This document shows, piece by piece, positions 29,975 through 38,494 of a stretch of 64,000 bases of DNA. The translations under genes were made by a program, and so were the position numbers. The number at the start of each line of letters is the position of its first letter. Within the stretch, counting starts at the first letter, position 1. Origin of the DNA: an uncultured Azospirillum sp. (lineage in GTDB: Bacteria > Pseudomonadota > Alphaproteobacteria > CACIAM-22H2); NCBI GenBank assembly GCA_964416335.1, contig CAYQDN010000023.1, positions 693-64,692 of the forward strand, written 5' to 3'. Below the pieces are notes generated by a model that was not told the origin of the DNA, searched no databases, and was given only the letters and a program-made list of their open reading frames with translations.

Positions 29975-30961
29975 TTGCCGCGTGCTTCCGTACCGCAGGG
30001 GATCGCCATCAATCTTCGCCAGCTCCGCTACTTCGCCAAGATCGTCGAGGCCGGCAACATCACCCGTGCGGCGGAGCAGCTCTATGTGGCGCAGCCGGCA
30101 CTCGGCCTTCAGATCCGCACGTTGGAACAGGATCTCGGCGTTCCGCTTCTCATACGGCATTCGCGCGGCGTGACGCCGACGAAGGCTGGCCAACTCCTGT
30201 ACGAGCGCGCCTGCGAGATTCTCCGCGCGGTTGAAGATACCCGCAAGGCCGTGTCGGGCTTCTCGAGCCCGGGACAGGAGAGCGTGGCCGTCGGGCTGAC
30301 GCCGAGCATCATGCATCTCGTCGGACAGTCGATGCTGGTCGGCGCACGCGAAGCGACGCCCGACGTGCAGATGAGCCTTGTCGAGGAAATGAGCCATGTT
30401 CTTGTCGACGCGCTGGAGCGCGAGGAAATCGACATGGCGTTCGCCTATTCGGTCCCCGAGCGTTCCGGGCTTGTCCGCCTGCCGATTCTCGAAGAAGAGC
30501 TGCTTTTTGTGAGTGCGCCGGAATCCGACGCGCCGAAGCGGACGATCGAGTTCGAGGAAGCGCTGCGCCACCCGCTTGCACTCGCACGTGACCGCGACGT
30601 GTTGCGCACGGCCATCGTCTCGGCCGCCGAAGAGCGTGCGCTGGTGCCGGATATCGCCTACGAGGCGTCGTCGATCGCGGCCATGAAGAAGCTGGTCGCC
30701 AGCGGTGCAGCCGCCAGCATCATGCCTTTCGGCAGCGCCTCCGACGAAGTGGATCGCGGCGTGCTGCAGTCGCGGCGCATCGTGAATCCATCCTTGCACC
30801 GGACGCTGTATCTCGTCCGGTCGTCCCGCCGCGGCCGCCTCAAGAGCGAAAGGGCGTTCCTCGACTTCGTTCGCGCCGCCATGCTGCGGATGGTCACGGC
30901 ACTTGGCCCGCTCGCCCGGAAACTGCCCGGGATAGAGGCCGAATTTCCGGCAATGCCCTGA
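29975..30961 (+). CDS. LysR-family transcriptional regulator
   Basis: wHTH 'LRQLRYFAKIVEAGNITRAAEQLYVAQPALGLQIRTLEQDLG'. The start (TTG 29975) is uncertain by a few codons. Confidence 0.85.
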   Translation: MPRASVPQGIAINLRQLRYFAKIVEAGNITRAAEQLYVAQPALGLQIRTLEQDLGVPLLIRHSRGVTPTKAGQLLYERACEILRAVEDTRKAVSGFSSPGQESVAVGLTPSIMHLVGQSMLVGAREATPDVQMSLVEEMSHVLVDALEREEIDMAFAYSVPERSGLVRLPILEEELLFVSAPESDAPKRTIEFEEALRHPLALARDRDVLRTAIVSAAEERALVPDIAYEASSIAAMKKLVASGAAASIMPFGSASDEVDRGVLQSRRIVNPSLHRTLYLVRSSRRGRLKSERAFLDFVRAAMLRMVTALGPLARKLPGIEAEFPAMP

Positions 30962-30970
30962 AGGGCGGAT

Positions 30971-31963
30971 TCAGAGCTTGTAGGATTCCCGCGTACCGGG
31001 ATGGAAAAGTTCGTCGGGTGAAACCAGACGCGCGGACAGGCCCTGATCGTGGTGATAGCGCGCAAACGTCTCCAGAGCGTGCCGGTTCGGCTCAAGCCCG
31101 TAGGCCCAGTAATCGCGGCCCATCAGACGGTGCGTCTCGGCCAGATGCTCTTCGACGAAGGGCATCGTCACCTTGGTCGCCGACGTATCGTTGAGATGGG
31201 CGACGGCGGCGGCCTTCGAACGGTCGAACGCCTTGAGGATCGCCATCGGCAGCCATGGGTGTGTTTCGGCGATCGTCCGGCGCACGCCGATGAGATGCAT
31301 GATCGGGAAGATCTTCGTCTTCGCGAAGTACGCCTTGGCTTCTGCCGCGGGATCGGGGAACAGCCAGGTCAGGTCGGGGTGCCCGTTGGTGAATGCGCGC
31401 GGCGGGCGCGGGCCGATAAAACCGTCGATCTTTCCAGCAAGCAGCAGGCCGCTCAGCGTCTCGTCGGGGCCGGCGTCCGCGATCTTCACGCCCGCAGGCG
31501 GATCGAACTGGACCTTTTCGTGCCGGCCCGGCTCCTCGATGCCGCCGCGAACCCAGGCGATGTCGCGTGGCCGCACGCCATAGAAGTCATCGAGCAGGCC
31601 GCGTGCCCAGACATTCGCCGTGAGTTGCCATTCGGGCGTTCCGATGCGACGCCCTTTCAGATCCTGCGGCGCGCGGATTCCCGCGCTTTTCCGCACGATG
31701 ATCGACGTGTGCCGGAAGGCACGCGACACGAAGGCGGGAACGCCGACATAGGCGGAGTCGCCGCGCGCCATGCGCAGGAAGAACGAGGAGAGAGACAGTT
31801 CGCAGACGTCGAACGCCTCGTGCCGCATGGCGCGGAAAAAGATCTCTTCCGGCGAAAGCGTCATGATCGCCGGATCGACCGCATCGATCTGGACGGAACC
31901 GTCGATCAAGGGACGGTTGCGGTCGTAGTCGCCGATCGCGATCGAGAGCTTGAGCTTGGCCAT
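30971..31963 (-). CDS. 4,5-dihydroxyphthalate decarboxylase-like (PhtD/OphC family, leaderless SBP-fold)
   Basis: 330 aa from the ATG at complement 31961-31963 ('MAKLKLSIAIGDYDRNRPLIDG'), with no signal peptide. 'PAFVSRAFRHTSIIVRK' and 'DLKGRRIGTPEW'. Confidence 0.65.
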   Translation of the reverse strand: MAKLKLSIAIGDYDRNRPLIDGSVQIDAVDPAIMTLSPEEIFFRAMRHEAFDVCELSLSSFFLRMARGDSAYVGVPAFVSRAFRHTSIIVRKSAGIRAPQDLKGRRIGTPEWQLTANVWARGLLDDFYGVRPRDIAWVRGGIEEPGRHEKVQFDPPAGVKIADAGPDETLSGLLLAGKIDGFIGPRPPRAFTNGHPDLTWLFPDPAAEAKAYFAKTKIFPIMHLIGVRRTIAETHPWLPMAILKAFDRSKAAAVAHLNDTSATKVTMPFVEEHLAETHRLMGRDYWAYGLEPNRHALETFARYHHDQGLSARLVSPDELFHPGTRESYKL

Positions 31964-33771
31964 CACGATTTCTCCGGTGTGGCGTGTCGCGTCAGCGAGG
32001 CGGTCATGGATGGTGTGTAGCCGGGCTCGGTGCGCACGTCCACGACGGCCACCTTCCCCGCGTCCACGGCGGCGAGCGCTTCGCGAAAGACGTCTGCCAG
32101 ATCGGCGGCCCGCTTGACGGGGCCGAACCCGGCAGCACCCTGCGCGCGCGCAAGCCCGGCGAGATCGATCTCGGGATCGGTCATGCGCTGGCCGATCCAC
32201 TTGTTCTCGACGGGCCGATCGCGCATACGCGCCATGCGTTCCTGATGGACTTCGTCGTTGTAGAAGGACTGGTTGTTGGCGACGACATAGAGGAGCGGGA
32301 TGCGGTAGTGGACCGCGGTCCAGATCGCCGTCGCCCCCATCAGGAAGTCACCGTCGCCACCAATGCAGACCGGCAAACGGCCGGAACCGCGCATCGCCAG
32401 GGCAGCGCCGACTGCGATGCCGGGGCCGCCGCCGATGCCGCCGCCGCCATCGGATCCCAGGAAATCCAGCGGGCCCCGGAAATGCCAGAACGCGCCGTCC
32501 CAGCCGAGCGGCAGGTGGACGAAAGAGATGTCGCGGTCGCCGAGTGCCGCTCGCAGGCCGGCGGCGAGATCAGCCATGCCGATCGGCGAGTCTTCGAGCC
32601 GACGTGGCGCCGGATCGGGCCGTCTTGCGAAAACCATGTCGTTCGTTCGGCTGGGCCGGGCGCTGAGTGCGGTGACAAGGGCCCCGACAAGATTGTCGGG
32701 GTCGGCCGGGACGAGCAGGTCCACCGGTGGCAACCCCTGATGATCCATGCTCCATCCGTTATGGACGGTATGGTCGAGGGAAGACTGGATGATCGTCGCA
32801 CCGGGCGGGCGCGGGCCGAATGCCGCATTGAGCGTTCCTGCAAGATCGACCCAGTCGAGGCTCAGGATCACGTCGGCCTTCGCCAGAATCCCGACCGCCT
32901 CCGGCACCGCGTAGATCCCGGGGGCGCCGGCGTGAAGGGGATGGTCGGTCGGGAAGGCGGCGCCGACCTTGAGGTCCGTCAGGACGCGCGCACCAAGCGT
33001 CTCGGCGAGAAGTACACGCGCGTCCCAGGCTTCGCGGCTTCGCGACACACGGCCGGCAAGAATGACCGGTCGTTCGGCGCCAAGCAGGATGTCCCGGATC
33101 TCCGCGATCTGTTCGGGCGACACCGACGGCGAGACCGCGGGCTGGAAGCGGGCTGCATCTATTGCCGGAAGTCGCGCGTCGATCTCGGCTTCCTGCATGC
33201 CGGCATCGAGATTGATGTAGACCGGCCCTTTCGGTGCGGTGTTGGTAAGCCAGTTTGCCCGCAGCAGCGACTCGCGTGCGGCGGCCGGCGAGGCCGGCTG
33301 ATCGTCCCATTTCACGTAGGGCCGCACGACGGCACCTTGGTCGCGTGCCGTATGGATCCAGTCGATCCAGGGTCGTCGCTTGGAAGCATCAACAGGCCCC
33401 GTCGCTCCGATCACCACGACCGGCATCCGGTCGCACCATGCATTGAAGATGGCCATCGTCGCATGGAACAGGCCGACATTCGAATGGACGGCGGCCGCCA
33501 TCGCGCGACCGGTCACCTTGGCATAGCCCTGGGCGATCGAGACGGCATGCTCCTCGTGAAGACAAAGCAGAATCTGCGGACGCTCGTTGCCCAGATAATT
33601 GACGAGACTGTCATGGAAACCGCGGAAGCTGGCTCCCGGATTGAGCGCGATATACGGGATATCGAGTGCTCGCAGCGTTTCGGCAACGATGTCGCTGCCG
33701 AACAGCCGTCCCGAGCTTGACGCCGACGGTCTTTCGATCGCCGCGTCCGGTGTTTGAGTTCGTTTCACCAT
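31963..33771 (-). CDS. Thiamine-diphosphate-dependent enzyme (acetolactate-synthase-like fold)
   Basis: 602 aa from 'MVKRTQTP'. ThDP motif 'GGDGDFLMG...VVANNQSF'. The stop shares 1 nt with the downstream ATG (TGATG). Confidence 0.8.
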   Translation of the reverse strand: MVKRTQTPDAAIERPSASSSGRLFGSDIVAETLRALDIPYIALNPGASFRGFHDSLVNYLGNERPQILLCLHEEHAVSIAQGYAKVTGRAMAAAVHSNVGLFHATMAIFNAWCDRMPVVVIGATGPVDASKRRPWIDWIHTARDQGAVVRPYVKWDDQPASPAAARESLLRANWLTNTAPKGPVYINLDAGMQEAEIDARLPAIDAARFQPAVSPSVSPEQIAEIRDILLGAERPVILAGRVSRSREAWDARVLLAETLGARVLTDLKVGAAFPTDHPLHAGAPGIYAVPEAVGILAKADVILSLDWVDLAGTLNAAFGPRPPGATIIQSSLDHTVHNGWSMDHQGLPPVDLLVPADPDNLVGALVTALSARPSRTNDMVFARRPDPAPRRLEDSPIGMADLAAGLRAALGDRDISFVHLPLGWDGAFWHFRGPLDFLGSDGGGGIGGGPGIAVGAALAMRGSGRLPVCIGGDGDFLMGATAIWTAVHYRIPLLYVVANNQSFYNDEVHQERMARMRDRPVENKWIGQRMTDPEIDLAGLARAQGAAGFGPVKRAADLADVFREALAAVDAGKVAVVDVRTEPGYTPSMTASLTRHATPEKS

Positions 33772-33988
33772 GATCGGCAAATCCCCCACGCATCGCCATG
33801 TTGCGATGGCTGACAAGCCATATCAGCCATTTGCCGGGCCCATATCAAAGACTGAAAAATTCTGGCTACCCAAACCCCGGACGGATCGGGAGGTTGCGGT
33901 GTATCCGCTAACAAATTGAAATAGCGTATATTTCCGTGCCTTTCCGGGGCCGCATTCGGTCGTTCAATTTCACTCTCGGCTCGCGACG

Positions 33989-34786
33989 TCAGATCACGCG
34001 CGCGAGAAATGCGCGGGTACGCGGATGCTTCGGATCGACGAGTACGTCTTCCGGCGGTCCCTGTTCGACGACGACGCCCCCATCCATGAAGACGACGCGG
34101 TCGGCGGCTTCTTTCGCAAAGCCGATCTCGTGCGTGACGACGATCATCGTCAGGCCCTGGTCCGCAAGGCCGCGCATCGTCTCGAGCACCTCGCCGACGA
34201 GTTCCGGGTCGAGTGCAGATGTCGGCTCGTCGAACAGGATAAGAGTCGGGCGGATCGCCAGCGCGCGAGCGATGGCGACGCGCTGCTGTTGCCCGCCGGA
34301 AAGCTGCCGGGGATAGGCATGCGCCTTTTCCGGAAGCCCGACCCGCACGAGCAGATCCATCGCGTGGGCTTCCGCCTCTTGCCGGGACCGGCCGTGGATC
34401 CCGATCGGCGCTTCCACGACATTCTGAAGCACGGTCATATGCGGGTAGAGATTGAACTGCTGGAACACCATGCCGATCCGGCTGCGCTGCCGGGCGACGG
34501 CGCGCGGCGACAGCGCATAAAGGCGCCCGCCGCGCAGCTGGTAGCCGATCTGCTCGTCGCCGATCTCGATCGAGCCGCGATCCATCCGCTCAAGCTGGTT
34601 GATGCATCGCAGGAATGTCGACTTTCCCGAACCCGATGGGCCGAGGATCACGACGACCTCGCCCTGTCCGACATCGAGATCGATGCCCTTGAGCACCTCG
34701 AGATCGCCGAAGGATTTGTGGACGTTGCGTGCCCGGACGAGAGCCTGGGGTGCTGCCGTCGCCATGGATGAATTCATCGAGCTCAC
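33989..34786 (-). CDS. Polar amino-acid ABC transporter ATP-binding protein
   Basis: 'GPSGSGKST', '[15 protein letters not shown]', '[11 protein letters not shown]'. ATGA overlap with the permease stop. Confidence 0.9.
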   Translation of the reverse strand: MSSMNSSMATAAPQALVRARNVHKSFGDLEVLKGIDLDVGQGEVVVILGPSGSGKSTFLRCINQLERMDRGSIEIGDEQIGYQLRGGRLYALSPRAVARQRSRIGMVFQQFNLYPHMTVLQNVVEAPIGIHGRSRQEAEAHAMDLLVRVGLPEKAHAYPRQLSGGQQQRVAIARALAIRPTLILFDEPTSALDPELVGEVLETMRGLADQGLTMIVVTHEIGFAKEAADRVVFMDGGVVVEQGPPEDVLVDPKHPRTRAFLARVI

Positions 34787-35700
34787 CCGGCCTGACCGGC
34801 TGGTGCAGCCTTCGCGGGAGTTCCGGATGAACCCCGTTCGCCTCTGGCGTAATAGCGCTCGACGGCCGACTGGCCCACATTGAGGATCGACGTGATGAGC
34901 AGATACCAGAGAACCGCCACCATCAGCATCGGGATGACCTCGAAGGTGCGGTTGTAGACGGCCTGCGCGGAATAGAGCAGATCGCCCATCGCGATTACGC
35001 TGACCAGGGATGTCGCCTTGATCATCGAAATGAGCTGGTTGCCCGACGGCGGCACGATCGAGCGCATCGCCTGCGGGATGATGATGCGGCGCAGCGCACG
35101 CGCTTTCGTCATGCCAAAGGCGTCGGCGGTTTCATACTGGCCACGTTCGACCGAGAGCAGGCCGCCGCGGATGATTTCCGCCATGTAGGCGGCCTCGTTG
35201 AGCGAAAGGCCGGCAATGGCCGCCGTCAGCGGCGTTATGACGTCGTTGGTCGGCCATTCGCCGAAAGTCGGGCCAAAGGGAATGCCGATCGAGATCGTCG
35301 GGAACAGCGTCGACATGTTGTACCAGAACAGCAGCTGGACCAGCAGCGGCGTGCCGCGGAAGATCCATATGTAGAGCCCGGCAAGGCCGCCCAGCAGTCT
35401 GTCGTTGGAGAGGCGCGCGATCGCCAGCAGGAGGCCGATGACGGTTCCGATGATCATCGCGACGACCGTCAGGCCCAGCGTGATTCCCAGTCCGCGCAGG
35501 ATCGAGTCGGCCGTGAACCACTGCGCCACGACATGCCATTCGAAGTTCTTGTTGTGCGCGACGGCCCAGCTTGCCTGCGCCATCAAGACGATCACGACCG
35601 CCCAGGAGACGACCCGGGCAACCGGGAACGGTGCGTGCGCCTTCGCGACGTCGCGCAAGGCCGAATTCCGGTCGCCTTCCGAAGCCGTACCTGCGGTCAT
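34783..35700 (-). CDS. Polar amino-acid ABC transporter permease
   Basis: Start at 'MTAGTASE' gives an ATGA overlap with the SBP stop. EAA-type loop '[22 protein letters not shown]'. Confidence 0.85.
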   Translation of the reverse strand: MTAGTASEGDRNSALRDVAKAHAPFPVARVVSWAVVIVLMAQASWAVAHNKNFEWHVVAQWFTADSILRGLGITLGLTVVAMIIGTVIGLLLAIARLSNDRLLGGLAGLYIWIFRGTPLLVQLLFWYNMSTLFPTISIGIPFGPTFGEWPTNDVITPLTAAIAGLSLNEAAYMAEIIRGGLLSVERGQYETADAFGMTKARALRRIIIPQAMRSIVPPSGNQLISMIKATSLVSVIAMGDLLYSAQAVYNRTFEVIPMLMVAVLWYLLITSILNVGQSAVERYYARGERGSSGTPAKAAPAGQAG

Positions 35701-36593
35701 GGCTTCGGCTTGGAGAGATTGATCCCGGGTGCGGGAATCATGTTCCCTTCGAGGCCCCACTTTTTCATGATGGCCGCATAGGTTCCGTTCTCGAACAGCT
35801 TCGCGTAGGCATCTGCGACGACTTTCGCGAGGACCGAGTCCTTCGGGAGCACGGAGCCCTGGTACAGGTCCTGGAAGCCGTTCGGCTGACCGGTTGCCGC
35901 TAGTTCAAGCTGCCCATTCGCCTGCTGGACGAAGTAGGTCAACGGAGCCTGCGAGGAGAAGAACGCGTCCGCACGGCTCGAACGCACCGACAGGATCGAG
36001 GTCGGCTGGTCGGGATAGGATTGGACCTCGAGCTTCGGCTTGCCATCCTTTTCGCAGGCCTCGGCCTGGGCCTTGATGACACGCTCCGCAGAGCCCGCAG
36101 CCATCACGGCGACCTTCGTTCCGCATGTGTCGGTGAGTTGGCCGATCTTCTTGGGGTTGCCTTTCTGGACCGCGAAAACCACGTACTCCTTCACGAAATC
36201 GACGAAATCGTTTGCCTGCTGGCGATCCGGAAAGTCCCCGATCGGGCCGACCGCAAGCTGGTATCGGCCTGACTTGATGCCCGCGAGGATGCCGGCAAGC
36301 CCGTTGACGCTCTCGTGATGGATCTTGATGCCGAGAATCCCGCCGAGTGCCGCCGCGAGGTCGGCGCTGGCACCGCTCATCGAGCGGGTGTCGGAGACGA
36401 TCTCGTAGGGCGGAAAGGAACCGGAATTGACGGATGTCATCTCGCCGGCCTTCACGATCGCCTCGGGGAGGCGTGCCCGCAGCCCTTCGTCGACCTTCTG
36501 CGTCGGGATGATGATCTGGGCCTGTTGGCCTAGTGCCGAGCCGGAGATCGACAGGGCCGCGACGAGCGGCAATACCATTGCTATGCGGCGCAT
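35697..36593 (-). CDS. Polar amino-acid ABC transporter substrate-binding protein
   Basis: 298 aa from the ATG at complement 36591-36593. Signal peptide 'MRRIAMVLPLVAALSISGSALGQQ'. Confidence 0.85.
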   Translation of the reverse strand: MRRIAMVLPLVAALSISGSALGQQAQIIIPTQKVDEGLRARLPEAIVKAGEMTSVNSGSFPPYEIVSDTRSMSGASADLAAALGGILGIKIHHESVNGLAGILAGIKSGRYQLAVGPIGDFPDRQQANDFVDFVKEYVVFAVQKGNPKKIGQLTDTCGTKVAVMAAGSAERVIKAQAEACEKDGKPKLEVQSYPDQPTSILSVRSSRADAFFSSQAPLTYFVQQANGQLELAATGQPNGFQDLYQGSVLPKDSVLAKVVADAYAKLFENGTYAAIMKKWGLEGNMIPAPGINLSKPKP

Positions 36594-36609
36594 GGAACGT
36601 TTCCTTTCT

Positions 36610-37464
36610 TCACTCGGCAGCGCTGAGGGATTTCCGGGCCTTGGCGGCTCCGGCAAGTTCGGGGCGAGCGAACCGGCGGTTCGCAAGGGCGGGAAGGACC
36701 TTTCGCGCATGCGCGACGCGCGCGGGGTCGAGGTCGGCAAAGACCAGTGCCGGCGCTTCGGCGGCCCGGGCGACGACGACACCGAGCGGATCGACGACCA
36801 TGCTGTTCCCGATGTTGCGCACGCCGCACTCGCCGGTGGCGACGATATAAGCCGTGTTCTCGAGTGCTCGCGCGGTGACCAGGACTTCCCAATGATGTTC
36901 TTTCAGCGGCCCTTTGACCCAGGCGGCCGGGAGCACGAACGCGTCGGCACCGTCGTCGGCCAGCCGGCGCGCGAGTTCCGGGAAGCGGATGTCGTAGCAG
37001 GTCATCAGGCCGAATTTCAGTCCTGCCACTTCGACGAGCGGGGGCACGACGTCGCCGGGCGTGACGTTCGTCGATTCCTGCATGGAGAAGGCATCGTAGA
37101 GATGCAGCTTGCGATATGTCGCGATGACGGCACCGTCGCGCAGAACGGCCAGTACGTTGAAGACGCGCCCGTCGCCCGTCGGCGTATGGATCGTCAGCAT
37201 AACGGTGATGCGCTGGCCCTTTGTGGCGGCCAGCAGCTGCGTCATGAACGGTCCGTCGAGTTCCTGGGTCGACTTAAGGACGATATCCGGATCGGCGATG
37301 TCCCGCGCAAGGATCCCCTCCGGAAGCACGAGCAGATCCGCGCCACCCCCGACCGATTTCCGGATCAGATCGACGCAGGTCGCTGCGTTCTCCGTCCAGA
37401 CCTTGCTGACGGCGAATTGACCGAGCGCGACCTTGACGCTCGACCGCTTGCTATGCGCGATCAT
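36610..37464 (-). CDS. Carbon-nitrogen hydrolase (nitrilase superfamily) amidase
   Basis: 284 aa from 'MIAHSKRSSVKVALGQ'. Glu-Lys-Cys triad contexts 'LLVLPEG', 'YRKLHLYD', 'GLMTCYDIRFPE'. Confidence 0.85.
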   Translation of the reverse strand: MIAHSKRSSVKVALGQFAVSKVWTENAATCVDLIRKSVGGGADLLVLPEGILARDIADPDIVLKSTQELDGPFMTQLLAATKGQRITVMLTIHTPTGDGRVFNVLAVLRDGAVIATYRKLHLYDAFSMQESTNVTPGDVVPPLVEVAGLKFGLMTCYDIRFPELARRLADDGADAFVLPAAWVKGPLKEHHWEVLVTARALENTAYIVATGECGVRNIGNSMVVDPLGVVVARAAEAPALVFADLDPARVAHARKVLPALANRRFARPELAGAAKARKSLSAAE

Positions 37465-38423
37465 GTTTTCATCTCCTCGGCGCAATTCGGGAAAAGCAGG
37501 GACGGCGACAACGCGATATCCGTTAGGTTCTGTGCCTTCAGTTCGGTGCAGAAATCGGCAAGCATGCGCTCGTTGGCGCGCAACCCGTTCCGATCCCAGC
37601 CTTCGGGCAGATCCTGCGCTACCTGTCGGAGTTCGTCGAGAAGCCATGGAGTGGTCTCGGCGTAGCGCAGGCGCTTTTCGGCCCAGAGGCGATAGGACGA
37701 ATCCAGTGCGGCACCGATCGAACGCGATGCGTCCGGATGGCGGTCCGCGATTTCCGATTTGAGGCCGATGAGATGGATTCCCGGTACATAACCGACGTCC
37801 TTGAAGTATTCGACCTCCGCGCGCCGGAAGTCGGGCAGGAGGGGGCGCAGCGGGCTTGCAGCGCCGAAGAAGCCGGGCGGCATGAAGGGCATGAAGACCG
37901 CATCGAGGACGCCGTCCTCAAGCAGCGGCAGTAGCGGCAGGTCTCCCTCGACGGGCTCGACAAGCCCCGGACGCCGATAGCCCGCGAGCCTGTCGATGAT
38001 CGGATGGCTGGCGAGGAGCCGGCTGATTTTCCATTGGGCATCCTCGATCCCGATCCCCTCCCGCCGCAAGATGGCCCTTGTCCAGGTGTTGCCGGAATCC
38101 TGCCAACCGGCCAGACCGATTTTGCTGCCTTTCAGGTCGGCGATCTTGGTCAGCCGACTCCTTTTCGATGTGACGATGCACCGGTGGCGGAATGCCCGCA
38201 TGACAAAATAGGGCAGGCCGGTGATCCGCGTTTCGCCGCGCGTCTTCGCAAGACAGTAGCGGCTCAACGACATTTCCGAGCCGTCGTAGCGTGGGTCTTC
38301 GGCCGGATCTTCCGGCAGTGCTGCGACGCGTTCGAGAACGAGATCGAATCCGTCCGCCCGGATGTCGCCGAGCAGGATCGGCGTCAGGAAATCCCAGTCT
38401 CGAACCGCAAGTGTGATCTTCAT
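37461..38423 (-). CDS. Leaderless NMT1/PhtD-like SBP-fold protein (paralog of 30971..31963)
   Basis: 320 aa with no signal peptide. 'PYFVMRAFRHRCIVTSK' and 'DLKGSKIGLAGW' align with the PhtD-like protein. ATGA overlap with the nitrilase start. Confidence 0.6.
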   Translation of the reverse strand: MKITLAVRDWDFLTPILLGDIRADGFDLVLERVAALPEDPAEDPRYDGSEMSLSRYCLAKTRGETRITGLPYFVMRAFRHRCIVTSKRSRLTKIADLKGSKIGLAGWQDSGNTWTRAILRREGIGIEDAQWKISRLLASHPIIDRLAGYRRPGLVEPVEGDLPLLPLLEDGVLDAVFMPFMPPGFFGAASPLRPLLPDFRRAEVEYFKDVGYVPGIHLIGLKSEIADRHPDASRSIGAALDSSYRLWAEKRLRYAETTPWLLDELRQVAQDLPEGWDRNGLRANERMLADFCTELKAQNLTDIALSPSLLFPNCAEEMKT

Positions 38424-38476
38424 GATCTTCCCGGACGACGGCTTCCAGATCTCGACTGGACAGGGAGCCTAATGTT

Positions 38477-38488
38477 CAGTTTAAACTG
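38477..38488. promoter_or_regulatory. Perfect 12-bp palindrome CAGTTTAAACTG in the MocR divergent promoter region
   Basis: Read directly from the sequence. Ends 6 nt upstream of the MocR ATG at 38495 and starts 54 nt from the divergent operon start at 38423. Confidence 0.4.
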
Positions 38489-38494
38489 TGCAAT

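Noticed and set aside
28355-30799. 814-aa ORF on the minus strand, the longest ORF in the window.
   Set aside because: It runs antisense to a well-supported aldehyde dehydrogenase and a LysR gene. Its composition is Arg/Ala/Gly/Asp/His-rich with no recognisable motif. This is a typical high-GC antisense artefact.
33791-33830. Reiterated GCCAT/ATGGC motifs ('CGCCATGTTGCGATGGCTGACAAGCCATATCAGCCAT') upstream of the ThDP enzyme gene. They could be a repeat element.
   Set aside because: These are short 5-nt units with irregular spacing. Only the CATCGC-N6-GCGATG dyad is noted, under the ThDP/PhtD finding. There is no evidence for a repeat family within the window.
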